Origin: Eledone cirrhosa
Lineage: Eukaryota
NCBI GenBank assembly: GCA_964016885.1
Contig: OZ024740.1
Span: 430,218,001 to 430,282,000 of the forward strand
Direction of reading: 5' to 3'
DNA: 64,000 nucleotides
Shown here: positions 42,901 through 57,206 of the stretch, piece after piece
Numbering within the stretch: position 1 is the stretch's first letter
Layout of the letters: the number at the start of each line of letters is the position of its first letter
Program-made: the position numbers and the translations under genes
The notes under the pieces: generated by a model
Told to the model about the DNA's origin: nothing
Databases searched by the model: none
The model's input: the letters and a program-made list of their open reading frames with translations, nothing else

Positions 42901-45900
42901 CCTAACCCTCAAAATGTTGTTTAGAGAGTAACACTAACCCTAACCCTCTAAATGTTGTTTAGAGGATAACACTAACCCTAACCCTCTAAATGTTGTTTAG
43001 AAGGTAACACTAACGCTAACCTTCTAAATATTGTTTAGAGGGTAACACTAACCCTAACCTTCTAAATATTGTTTAGAGAGTAACACTAGCCCTAACCCTC
43101 TAAGTATTGTTTAGAGGGTAACACTAATCCTAACCCTCTAAATATTGTTTAGAGGCTAACACTAACCCTAACCCTCTAAATGTTCTTTAGAGGGTAACAC
43201 TAACCCTAACCCTCAAAATATTGTTTAGATGTTAACACTAACCCTAACCTTCTAAATATTGTTTAGAGGATAACACTAACTCTAACCTTCTAAATATTGT
43301 TTAGAGGGTAACACTAAACCTAACCCTCTAAATATTGTTTAGAGGGTAACACTAACCCTAACCTTCTAAATATTGTTTAGAGTGTAACACTAACCCTAAC
43401 CCTCTAAATATTGTTTAGAGGGTAACACTAACCCTAAACCTCTAAATATTGTTTAGAGGGTAACACTAACCCTAACCCTCTAAATATTGTGTAGAGGGTA
43501 ACACTAACCCTAACCTTCTAAATATTGTTTAGAGGGTAACACTAACCCTAACCCTCTAAATATTGTTTAGAGGGTAACACTAACCCTAACCCTCTAAACA
43601 TTGTTTAGAGGTTAACACTAAACCTAACCCTCTAAATATGGTTTAGAAGGTAATACTAACCCTAACCTTCTAAATATTGTTAAGAGGGTAACACTAACCC
43701 TAACCTTCTAAATATTGTTTAGAGAGTAACACTAACCCTAACCCTCTAAATATTGTTTAGAGGGTAACACTAAACCTAACCCTCTAAATGTTGTTTAGAG
43801 AGTAACACTAACCCTAACCCTCTAAATGTTGTTTAGAGGATAACACTAACCCTAACCCTCTAAATGTTGTTTAGAGGGTAACACTAACCCTAACCTTCTA
43901 AATATTGTTTAGAGGGTAACACTAACCCTAACCTTCTAAATATGGTTTAGAGGGTAACACTAACCCTAAACTTCTAAATATTGTTTAGAGGGTAACACTA
44001 ACCCTAACCTTCTAAATATAGTTTAAAGGGTAACACTAACCCTAACCCTCTAAATGTTGTTTAGAGGATAACACTAACCCTAACCTTCTAAATGTTGTTC
44101 AGAGGGTAACACTAACCCTAACCCTCTAAATGTTGTTTAGAGGGTAACACTAACCCTAACCCTCTAAATGTTGTTTAGAGTGTAACACTAACCCTAACCC
44201 TCTAAATATTGTTTAGAGGGTAACACTAACCCTAACTTTCTAAATGTTGTTTAGAGGATAACACTAACCCTAACACTCTAAATATTGTTTTTTAGGGTAA
44301 CACTAACCCTAACCTTCTAAATATTGTTTAGAGGATAACACTAACCCTAACCTTCTAAATATTGTTTAGAGGGTAACACTAACCCTAACCCTCTAAATAT
44401 TGTTTAGAGGGTAACACTAACCCTAACCCTCTAAATATTGTTTAGAGGTTAACACTAAACCTAACCCTCTAAATATGGTTTAGAGGGTAATACTAACCCT
44501 AACCTTCTAAATATTGTTTAGAGGGTAACACTAAACCTAACCCTCTAAATGTTGTTTAGAGGGTAACACTAACCCTAACTTTCTAAATATTGTTAAGAGG
44601 GTAACACTAACCCTAACCTTCTAAATATTGTTTAGAGAATAACACTAACCCTAACCCTCTAAATATTGTTTAGAGGGTAACACTAAACCTAACCCTCTAA
44701 ATGTTGTTTAGAGAGTAACACTAACCCTAACCCTCTAAATGTTGTTTAGAGGATAACACTAACCCTAACCCTCTAAATGTTGTTTAGAGGGTAACACTAA
44801 CCCTAACCTTCTAAATATTGTTTGGAGGGTAACACTAACCCTAACCTTCTAAATATTGTTTAGAGAGTAACACTAACCCTAACCCTCTAAGTATTGTTTA
44901 GAGGGTAACACTAATCCTAACCCTCTAAATATTGTTTAGAGGCTAACACTAACCCTAACCCTCTAAATATTGTTTAGAGAGTAACACTAACCCTAAACCT
45001 CAAAATATTGTTTAGATGGTAACACTAACCCTAACCCTCTAAAGCTTGTATAGAGGTTAACAGTAACCCTAAACTTCTAAATATTGTTTAGAGGGTAACA
45101 CTAACCCTAACCTTCTAAATATTGTTTAGAGGGTAACACTAATCCTAAACTTCTAATTATTGTTAAGAGGATAACACTAACCCTAACCGTCTAAATATTG
45201 TTCAGAGGGTAACACTAACCCTAACCCTCTAAATATTGTTTAGAGGATAACACTTAAACTAACCCTCTAAATATTGTTTAGAGGATAACACTAACCCTAA
45301 CCCTCTAAATATTGTTTAGAGGGTAACAATAACACTAACCCTCTAAATATGGTTTAGAGGGTAACACTAACCCTAAACTTCTAAATGTTGTTTAGAGGGT
45401 AAAACTAACCCTAACCTTCTAATTATTGTTTAGAGAGTAACACTAACCCTAACCCTCTAAATATTGTTTAGAGGGTAACACTAAACCTAACCCTCAAAAT
45501 GTTGTTTAGAGAGTAACACTAACCCTAACCCTCTAAATGTTGTTTAGAGGATAACACTAACCCTAACCCTCTAAATGTTGTTTAGAGGGTAACACTAACG
45601 CTAACCTTCTAAATATTGTTTAGAGGGTAACACTAACCCTAACCTTCTAAATATTGTTTAGAGAGTAACACTAGCCCTAACCCTCTAAGTATTGTTTAGA
45701 GGGTAACACTAATCCTAACCCTCTAAATATTGTTTAGAGGCTAACACTAACCCTAACCCTCTAAATATTGTTTAGAGAGTAACACTAACCCTAACCCTCA
45801 AAATATTGTTTAGATGTTAACACTAACCCTAACCTTCTAAATATTGTTTAGAGGATAACACTAACTCTAACCTTCTAAATATTGTTTAGAGGGTAACACT

Positions 45901-48900
45901 AAACCTAACCCTCTAAATATTGTTTAGAGGGTAACACTAACCCTAACCTTCTAAATATTGTTTAGAGGGTAACACTAACCCTAACCCTCTAAATATTGTT
46001 TAGAGGGTAACACTAACCCTAACCCTCTAAATATTGTTTAGAGGGTAACATTAACCCTAACCCTCTAAATATGGTTTAAAGGGTAACACTATCCCTAACC
46101 TTCTAAATATTGTTTAGAGGGTAACACTAACCCTAACCTTCTAAATATTGTTTAGAGGGTAACACTAACCCTAACCCTCTAAATGTTGTTTAGAGGATAA
46201 CACTAACCCTAACCTTCTAAATATTGTTTAGAGAGTAACACTAACCCTAACCCTCTAAATATTGTTTAGAGGGTAACACTAATCCTAACCCTCTAAATAT
46301 TGTTTACAGGATAACACTAACCCTAACCTTCTAAATATTGTTTAGAGGGTAACACTAAACCTAACCTTCTAAATATTGTTTAGAGTGTAACACTAACCCT
46401 AACCCTCTAAATATTGTTTAGAGGGCAACACTAACCCTAACCTTCTAAATATTGTTTAGAGTGTAACAGTAACCCTAACCCTCTAAATATTGTTTAGAGG
46501 GTAACACTAACCCTAACCCTATAAATATTGTTTAGAGGATAATACTAACACTAACCCTCTAAATATTGTAAAGAGGGTAACACTAACCCTAACACTCTCA
46601 ATGTTGTTTAGAGGGTAACACTAATCCTAACCCTCTAAATATTGTTTAGAGGGTAACACTAACACTAACCTTCTAAATGTTGTTTAGAGGATAACAGTAA
46701 CCCTAACACTCTAAATATTGTTTTTTTAGGGTAACACTAACCCTAAACTTCTAAATATTGTTTAGAGGGTAACACTAATCCTAACCTTCTAAATATTGTT
46801 AAGAGGATAACACTAACCCTAAACTTCTAAATATTGTTCAGAGGGTAACACTAACCCTAACCCTCTAAATGTTGTTTAGAGGGTAACACTAAACCTAACC
46901 TTCTAAATATTGTTTAGACGGTAACACTAAGCCTAACCCTCTACATGTTGTTTAGTTGGTAACACTAACCCTAACCCTCAAAATGTTGTTTAGAGGGTAA
47001 CACTAACCCTAACACTTTAAATATTGTTTTTTAGGGTTACACTAACCCTAACCTTCTAAATAATGTTTAGAGGATAACACTAACCCTAACATTCTAAATA
47101 TTGTTTAGAGGGTAACACTAACCCTAACCCTCTAAATATTGTTTAGAGGGTAACACTAACCCTAACCTTCTAAATATTGTTTAGAGGGTAACACTAACCC
47201 TAACCCTCTAAATATTGTTTAGAGGGTAACACTAACCCTAACCCTCTAAATATTGTTTAGAGGGTAACACTCACCCTAACCCTCTAAATATGGTTTGAGG
47301 GTAACACTAACCCTAACCTTCTAAATATTGTTTAGAGGGTAACACTAACCCTAACCTTCTAAATATTGTTTAGAGGATACCACTAACCCTAACCCTCTAA
47401 ATATTGTTTAGAGGGTAACACTAACCCTAACCCTCTAAATATTGTTTAGAGGATACCACTAACCCTAACCCTCTAAATATTGTTTAGAGGGTAACACTAA
47501 CCCTAACCCTCTATATATTGTTTAGAGGGAAACACTAACCCTAACCCTCTATATATTGTTTAGAGAGTAACACTAACCCTAACCCTCAAAATATTGTTTA
47601 GAGGGTAACACTAACCCTAACCCTCTAAATCTTGTATAGAGGTTAACACTAACCCTAAACTTCTAAATATTGTTTAGAGGGTAACACTAACCCTAACCCT
47701 CTAAATCTTGTATAGAGGTTAACACTAACCCTAAACTTCTAAATATTGTTTAGCGGGTAACACTAACCCTAACACTCTAAATATTGTTTAGAGGGTAACA
47801 CTAACCCTAACCTTCTAAATATTGTTTAGAGGGTAAAACTACCCCTAACCTTCTAAATGTTGTTTAAAGGGTAAAACTACCCCTAACCTTCTAAATGTTG
47901 TTTAGAGGGTAACACTAACCCTAACCCTCTAAATATTGTTTAGAGGGTGACACTAACCATAACATTCTAAATATTGTTTAGAGGGTAACACTAACCATAA
48001 CCTTCTAAATATTGTTTAGAGGGTGACACTAACCCTAACCTTCTAAATATTGTTTAGAGGGTAACACTAACCCTAACCCTCTAAATATTGTTTAGAGGGT
48101 AACACTAACCCTAACCCTCTAAATATTGTTTAGAGGGTAACACTAACCCTAACCCTCTAAATATTGTTTAGAGGGTAACACTAACCCTAACCCTCTAAAT
48201 ATTGTTTAGAGGGTAACACTAACCCTAAACCTCTAAATATTGTTTAGAGGGTAACACTAACCCTAAACCTCTAAATATTGTTTAGAGGGTAACACTAACC
48301 CTAACCCTCTAAATATTGTTTAGAGGGTAACACTAACCCTAACCCTCTAAATATTGTTTAGAGGGTAACACTAACCCTAACCCTCTAAATATTGTTTAGA
48401 GGGTAACACTAACCCTAAACCTCTAAATATTGTTTAGAGGGTAACACTAACCCTAACCCTCTAAATATTCTTTAGAGGGTAACACTAACCCTAACCCTCT
48501 AAATATTGTTTAGAGGGTAACACTAACCCTAAACCTCTAAATATTGTTTAGAGGGTAACACTAACCCTAACCTTCTAAATATTGTTTAGACGGTAACACT
48601 AAGCCTAAACCTCTAAATGTTGTTTGAGGGTAACACTAACCCTAACCCTCTAAATGTTGTTTAGAGGGTAACACTAACCCTAACCCTCTAAATGTTGTTT
48701 AGAGTGTAACACTAACCCTAACCTTCTAAATATTGTTTAGAGAGTAACACTAACCCTAACATTCTAAATATTGTTTAGAGGGTAACACTAACACTAACCC
48801 TCTAAATATGGTTTAGAGGGTAACACTAACACTAACCCTCTAAATATGGTTTAGAGGGTAACACTAACCCTAAACTTCTAAATATTGTTTAGAGGGTAAC

Positions 48901-51900
48901 ACTAACCCTAACCTTCTAAATATAGTTTAAAGGGTAACACTAACCCTAACCCTCTATATGTTGTTTAGAGGATAACACTAACCCTAACCTTCAAAATGTC
49001 GTTCAGAGGGTAACACTAACCCTAACCCTCTAAATGTTGTTTAGAGGGTAACACTAACCCTAACTTTCTAGATGTTGTTTAGAGGATAACACTAACCCTA
49101 ACACTCTAAATATTGTTTTTTAGGGTAACACTAACCTGAACCTTCTAAATATTGTTTAGAGGATAACACTAACCCTAACCTTCTAAATGTTGTTTAGAGG
49201 GTAACACTAACCCTAACACTCTCAATGTTGTTTAGAGGGTAACACTAATCCTAACCCTCTAAATATTGTTTAGAGGGTAACACTAACCCTAACCTTCTAA
49301 ATGTTGTTTAGAGGATAACAGTAACCCTAACACTCTAAATATTGTTTTTTAGGGTAACACTAACCCTAACATTCTAAATATTGTTTAGAGGGTAACACTA
49401 ATCCTAACCTTCTAAATATTGTTAAGAGGGTAACACTAACCCTAACCCTCTAAATATTGTTTAGAGGATAACACTAACACTAACCCTCTAAATATTGTTT
49501 AGAGGATAACACTAACCCTAACATTCTAAATGTTGTTTAGAGTCTAACAATAACACTAACCCTCTAAATATGGTTTAGAGGGTAACACTAACCCTAACCT
49601 TCTAAATATAGTTTAAAGGGTAACACTAACCATAACGCTCTAAATGTTGTTTAGAGGATAACACTAACCCTAACCTTCTAAATGTTGTTTAGAGGGTAAC
49701 ACTAATCCTAACCCTCTAAATATTGTTTACAGGATAACACTAACCCTAACCTTCTAAATATTGTTTAGAGGGTAACACTAACCCTAACCTTCTAAATATT
49801 GTTTATAGTGTAACACTAACCCTAACCCTCTAAATATTGTTTAGAGGGCAACACTAACCCTAACCTTCTAAATATTGTTTAGAGTGTAACACTAACCCTA
49901 ACCCTCTAAATATTGTTTAGAGGGTAACACTAACCCTAACCCTCTAAATATTGTTTAGAGGATAATACTAACACTAACCCTCTAAATATTGTAAAGAGGG
50001 TAACACTAACCCTAACACTCTCAATGTTGTTTAGAGGGTAACACTAATCCTAACCCTCTAAATATTGTTTAGAGGGTTACACTAACACTAACCTTCTAAA
50101 TGTTGTTTAGAGGATAACAGTAACCCTAACACTCTAAATATTGTTTTTTAGGGTAACACTAAACCTAACCTTCTAAATATTGTTTAGAGGGTAACACTAA
50201 TCCTAACCCTCTAAATATTGTTTAGAGGATAACACTAACCCTAACCTTCTAAATATTGTTTAGAGGATAACACTAACACTAACCCTCTAAATATTGTTTA
50301 GAGGATAACACTAACCCTAACCCTCTAAATATTGTTTAGAGTCTAACAATAACACTAACCCTCTAAATATGGTTTAGATGGTAACACTAACCCTAAACTT
50401 CTAAATATTGTTTAAAGGGTAACACTAACCCTAACCCTCTAAATGTTGTTTAGAGGATAACACTAAACCTAACCTTCTAAATGTTGTTCAGAGGGTAACA
50501 CTAACCCTAACCCTCTAAATGTTGTTTAGAGGGTAACACTAACCCTAACCTTCTAAATGTTGTTTAGAGTGTAACACTAACCCTGACCCACTAAATATTG
50601 TTTAGAGGGTAACACTAACCCTAACTTTCTAAATGTTGTTTAGAGGATAACACTAACCCTAACACTCTAAATATTGTTTTTTAGGGTAACACTAACCCCA
50701 ACCTTCTTAATATTGTTTAGAGGATAACACTAACCCTAACCTTCTAAATATTGTTTAGAGGGTAACACTAACCCTAACCCTCTAAATATTGTTTAGAGGG
50801 TAACACTAACCCTAACCCTCTAAATATTGTTTAGAGGTTAACACTAAACCTAACCCTCTAAATATGGTTTAGAGGGTAATACTAACCCTAACCTTCTAAA
50901 TATTGTTTAGAGGGTAACACTAAACCTAACCCTCTAAATGTTGTTTAGAGGGTAACACTAACCCTAACCTTCTTAATATTGTTAAGAGGATAACACTAAC
51001 CCTAACACTCTAAATATTGTTTAGAGAGTAACACTAACCCTAACCTTCTAAATATTGTTTAGAGAGTAACACTAACCCTAACCCTCTAAATATTGTTTAG
51101 AGGGTAACACTAAACCTAACCCTCTAAATGTTGTTTAGAGAGTAACACTAATCCTAACCCTCTAAATGTTGTTTAGAGGATAACACTAACCCTAACCTTC
51201 TAAATATTGTTTAGAGAGTAACACTAACCCTAACCCTCTAAGTATTGTTTAGAGAGTAACACTAATCCTAACCCTCTAAATATTGTTTAGAGGCTAACAC
51301 TAACCCTAACCCTCTAAATATTGTTTAGAGAGTAACACTAACCCTAACCCTCAAAATATTGTTTAGATGGTAACACTAACCCTAACCCTCTAAAGCTTGT
51401 ATAGAGGTTAACACTAACCCTAAACTTCTAAATGTTGTTTAGAGGATAACACTAACCCTAACCCTCTAAATATTGTTTAGAGGGTAACACTAACCCTAAC
51501 CTTCTAAATATTGTTTAGAGGGTAACACTAACCCTAACCTTTTAAATATTGTTTAGAGAGTAACACTAACCCTAACCCTCTAAATGTTGTTTAGAGGATA
51601 ACACTAAGACTACCCCTCTAAATGTTGTTTAGAGGGTAACACTAAACCTAAACCTCTAAATATTGTTTAGAGGATAATACTAACACTAACCCTCTAAATA
51701 TTGTTCAGAGGGTAACACTAACCCTAACACTCTCAATATTGTTTAGAGGGTAACACTAATCCTAACCCTCTAAATATTGTTTAGAGGGTAACACTAACCC
51801 TAACCTTCTAAATATTGTTTAGAGGGTAACACTAATCCTAACCTTCTAATTATTGTTAAGAGGATAACACTAACCCTAACCTTCTAAATATTGTTCAGAG

Positions 51901-54289
51901 GGTAACACTAACCCTAACCCTCTAAATATTGTTTAGAGGATAACACTAACACTAACCCTCTAAATATTGTTTAGAGGATAACACTAACCCTAACCTTCTA
52001 AATATTATTCAGAGGGTAACACTAACCCTAACCCTCTAAATATTGTTTAGAGGATAACACTAACACTAACCCTCTAAATATTGTTTAGAGGATAACACTA
52101 ACCCTAACCTTCTAAATATTGTTTAGAGGGTAACACTAATCCTAACCTTCTAATTATTGTTAAGAGGATAACACTAACCCTAAACTTCTAAATATTGTTC
52201 AGAGTGTAACACTAACCCTAACCTTCTAAATATTGTTTAGAGGGTAACACTAATCCTAACCTTCTAATTATTGTTTAGAGGATAACACTAACACTAACCC
52301 TCTAAATATTGTTTAGAGGGTAACACTAACCCTAACTTTCTAGATGTTGTTTAGAGGATAACACTAACCCTAACACTCTAAATATTGTTTTTTAGGGTAA
52401 CACTAACCCTAACCTTCTAAATATTGTTTAGAGGATAACACTAACCCAAACCTTCTAAATATTGTTTAGAGGGTAACACTAACCCTAACCCTCTAAATAT
52501 TGTTTAGAGTGTAACACTAACCCTAAACTTCTAAATGTTGTTTAGAGGGTAACACTAACCCTAAAACTCTAAATATTGTTTTTTAGGGTAACACTAACCC
52601 TAACCCTCTAAATATTGTTTAGAGGGTAACACTAACCCTAACCCTCTAAATATTGTTTAGAGGGTAACGCTAACCCTAATCCTCTAAATATTGTTTAGAT
52701 GGTAACACTAACCCTAACCCTCTAAATATGGTTTAGAGGGTAACACTAACCCTAAACTTCTAAATATTGTTTAGAGGGTAACACTAACCCTAACCTTCTA
52801 AATGTTGTTTAAAGGATAACACTAACCCTAACCCTCTAAATATTGTTTAGAGGGTAACACTAACCCTAACCCTCTAAATATTGTTTAGAGGGTAACGCTA
52901 ACCCTAATCCTCTAAATATTGTTTAGATGGTAACACTAACCCTAACCCTCTAAATATTGTTTAGAGGGTAACACTAACCCTAACCCTCTAAATATTGTTT
53001 AGAGGGTAACACTAACCCTAACCCTCTAAATATCGTTTAGAGGGTAACAATAACACTAACACTCTAAATATGGTTTAGAGGGTAACACTAACCCTAACCT
53101 TCTAAATATAGTTTAAAGGGTAACACTAACCCTAACCCTCTAAATGTTGTTTAGAGGATAACACTAACCCTAACCTTCTAAATGTTGTTCAGAGGGTAAC
53201 ACTAACCCTAACCCTCTAAATGTTGTTTAGAGGGTAACACTAACCCTAACCTTCTAAATATTGTTTAGACGGTAACACTAAGTCTAAACCTCTAAATGTT
53301 GTTTAGAGGGTAACACTAACCCTAACCCTCTAAATGTAGTTTAGAGGCTAACACTAACCCTAACCCTCTAAATATTGTTTAGAGGGTAACACTAACCCTA
53401 ACTTTCTAAATGTTGTTTAGAGGATAACACTAACCCTAACACTCTAAATATTGTTTTTTAGGGTAACACTAAGCCTAACCTTTTAAATATTGTTTAGAGG
53501 ATAACACTAACTCTAACCTTCTAAATATTGTTTAGAAGGTAACACTAACCCTAACCCTCTAAATATTGTTTAGAGGGTAACACTAACCCTAACCTTCTAA
53601 ATATTGTTTAGAGGGTAACACTAACCCTAACCCTCTTAATATTGTTTAGAGGGTAACACTAACCCTAACCCTCTAAATATTGTTTAGAGGTTAACACTAA
53701 CCCTAAACTTCTAAATATTGTTTAGAGGGTAACACTAACCCTAACCCTCTAAATATGGTTTAGAGGGTAATACTAACCCTAACCTTCTAAATATTGTTTA
53801 GAGGGTAACACTAAACCTAACCCTCTAAATGTTGTTTAGAGGGTAACACTAACCCTAACCTTCTAAATATTGTTAAGAGGGTAACACTAACCCTAACCCT
53901 CTAAATATTGTTTAGAGGGTAACACTAAACCTAACCCTCTAAATGTTGTTTAGAGAGTAACACTAACCCTAACCCTCTAAATGTTGTTTAGAGGATAACA
54001 CTAACCCTAACCCTCTAAATGTTGTTTAGAGGGTAACACTAACCCTAACCTTCTAAATATTGTTTAGAGGGTAACACTAACCCTAACCTTCTAAATATTG
54101 TTTAGAGAGTAACACTAACCCTAACCCTCTAAATATTGTTTAGAGAATAACACTAACCCTAACCCTCTAAATATTGTTTAGAGGGTAACACTAACCCTAA
54201 CATTCTAAATATTGTTTAGAGGGTAACACTAACCCTAACCCTCTAAATATTGTTTAGAGGCTAACACTAACCCTAACCTTCTAAATGTT

Positions 54290-55260
54290 GTTTAGAGGAT
54301 AACAGTAACCCCAACCCTCTAAATATTGTTCAGAGGGTAACACTAACCCTAACCCTCTAAATATTGTTTAGAGAATAACACTAACCCTCTAAATATTGTT
54401 TAGAGGATAACACTAACCCTAACATTCTAAATATTGTTTAGAGGGTGACACTAACCCTAACCTTCTAAATGTTGTTTAGAGGATAACAGTAACCCCAACC
54501 CTCTAAATATTGTTCAGAGGGTAACACTAACCCTAACCCTCTAAATATTGTTTAGAGAATAACACTAACCCTCTAAATATTGTTTAGAGGATAACACTAA
54601 CCCTAACATTCTAAATATTGTTTAGAGGTTAACACTAACCCTAAACTTCTAAATATTGTTTAGAGGGTAACACTAATCCTAACCCTCTAAATATGGTTTA
54701 GAGGGTAATACTAACCCTAACCTTCTAAATGTTGTTTAGAGGATAACAGTAACCCCAACCCTCTAAATATTGTTTAGAGGCTAACACTAACCCTAACCTT
54801 CTAAATGTTGTTTAGAGGATAACAGTAACCCCAACCCTCTAAATATGGTTTAGAGGCTAACACTAACCCTAACCTTCTAAATGTTGTTTAGAGGATAACA
54901 GTAACCCCAACCCTCTAAATATTGTTTAGAGGCTAACACTAACCCTAACCTTCTAAATGTTGTTTAGAGGATAACAGTAACCCCAACCCTCTAAATATGG
55001 TTTAGAGGGTAATACTAACCCTAACCTTCTAAATATTGTTTAGAGGGTAACACTAACCCTAACCCTCTAAATATTGTTTAGAGGCTAACACTAACCCTAA
55101 CCTTCTAAATGTTGTTTAGAGGATAACAGTAACCCCAACCCTCTAAATATTGTTCAGAGGGTAACACTAACCCTAACCCTCTAAATATTGTTTAGAGAAT
55201 AACACTAACCCTCTAAATATTGTTTAGAGGATAACACTAACCCTAACATTCTAAATATTG
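54290..55260. repeat. Local dimeric (76-bp) and 184-bp sub-repeats
   Basis: CAGTAACCCCAACC at 54303, 54487, 54747, 54823, 54899, 54975 and 55127; 32-bp monomers near 54375, 54560 and 55200. Confidence 0.85.
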
Positions 55261-57206
55261 TTTAGAGTTTAACACTAACCCTAAACTTCTAAATATTGTT
55301 TAGAGGGTAACACTAACCCTAACCCTCTAAATATGGTTTAGAGGGTAATACTAACCCTAACCTTCTAAATATTGTTTAGAGGGTAACACTAAACCTAACC
55401 CTCTAAATGTTGTTTAGAGGGTAACACTAACCCTAACCTTCTAAATATTGTTAAGAGGGTAACACTAACCCTAACCCTCTAAATATTGTTTAGAGGGTAA
55501 CACTAAACCTAACCCTCTAAATGTTGTTTAGAGAGTAACACTAACCCTAACCCTCTAAATGTTGTTTAGAGGATAACACTAACCCTAACCCTCTAAATGT
55601 TGTTTAGAGGGTAACACTAACCCTAACCCTCTAAATATTGTTTAGAGGGTAACACTAAACCTAACCCTCTAAATGTTGTTTAGAGGGTAACACTAACCCT
55701 AACCCTCTAAATATTGTTTAGAGGGTAACACTAAACCTAACCCTCTAAATGTTGTTTAGAGGGTAACACTAAACCTAACCCTCTAAATGTTGTTTAGAGG
55801 GTAACACTAACCCTAACATTCTAAATATTGTTTAGAGGGTAACACTAACCCTAACCTTCTAAATATTGTTAAGAGGGTAACACTAACCCTAACCCTCTAA
55901 ATGTTGTTTAGAGGATAACACTAACCCTAACCCTCTAAATATTGTTTAGAGGGTAACACTAACCCTAACATTCTAAATATTGTTTAGAGGGTAACACTAA
56001 CCCTAACCCTCTAAATATTGTTTAGAGGCTAACAGTAACCCCAACCCTCTAAATATTGTTTTGAGGGTAACAATAACACTAACACTCTAAATATGGTTTA
56101 GAGGGTAACACTAACCCTAAACTTCTAAATATTGTTTAGAGGGTAACACTAACCCTAACCTTCTAAATGTTGTTTAGAGGATAACAGTAACCCCAACCCT
56201 CTAAATATTGTTCAGAGGGTAACACTAACCCTAACCCTCTAAATATTGTTTAGAGAATAACACTAACCCTAAACTTCTAAATATTGTTTAGAGAATAACA
56301 CTAACCCTAAACTTCTAAATATTGTTTAGAGGGTAACACTAACCCTAACCTTCTAAATATAGTTTAAAGGGTAACACTAACCCTAACGCTCTAAATGTTG
56401 TTTAGAGGATAACACTAACCCTAAACTTCTAAATATTGTTTAGAGGGTAACACTAACCCTAACCTTCTAAATATAGTTTAAAGGGTAACACTAACCCTAA
56501 CGCTCTAAATGTTGTTTAGAGGATAACACTAACCCTAACCTTCTAAATATTGTTCAGAGGGTAACTGTAACCCTAACCCTCTAAATGTTGTTTAGAGGGT
56601 AACACTAACCCTAACCTTCTAAATATTGTTTAGACGGTAACACTAAGCCTAAACCTCTAAATGTTGTTTAGAGGGTAACACTAACCCTAACCCTCTAAAT
56701 GTTGTTTAGAGGGTAACACTAACCCTAACCCTCTAAATATTGTTTAGAGGGTAACACTAACCCTAACTTTCTGAATGTTGTTTAGAGGATAACACTAACC
56801 CTAACACTCTAAATATTGTTTTTTAGGGTAACACTAAGCCTAACCTTTTAAATATTGTTTAGAGGATAACACTAACCCTAACCTTCTAAATATTGTTTAG
56901 AGGGTAACACTAACCCTAACCCTTTAAATATTGTTTAGAGGGTAACACTAACCCTAACCTTCTAAATATTGTTTAGAGGGTAACACTAACCCTAAACCTC
57001 TAAATATTGTTTAGAGGGTAACACTAACCCTAACCCTCTAAATATTGTTTAGAGGTTAACACTAACCCTAAACTTCTAAATATTGTTTAGAGGGTAACAC
57101 TAACCCTAACCCTCTAAATATGGTTTAGAGGGTAATACTAACCCTAACCTTCTAAATATTGTTTAGAGGGTAACACTAAACCTAACCCTCTAAATGTTGT
57201 TTAGAG

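Noticed and set aside
53516-53540. Compensatory stem change ACCTTCTAAA-tattg-TTTAGAAGGT as evidence of selection on the hairpin
   Set aside because: It is a single instance. CCTTC is very common and GAAGG also occurs with non-matching left arms, so chance explains it. Most stem variants are uncompensated.
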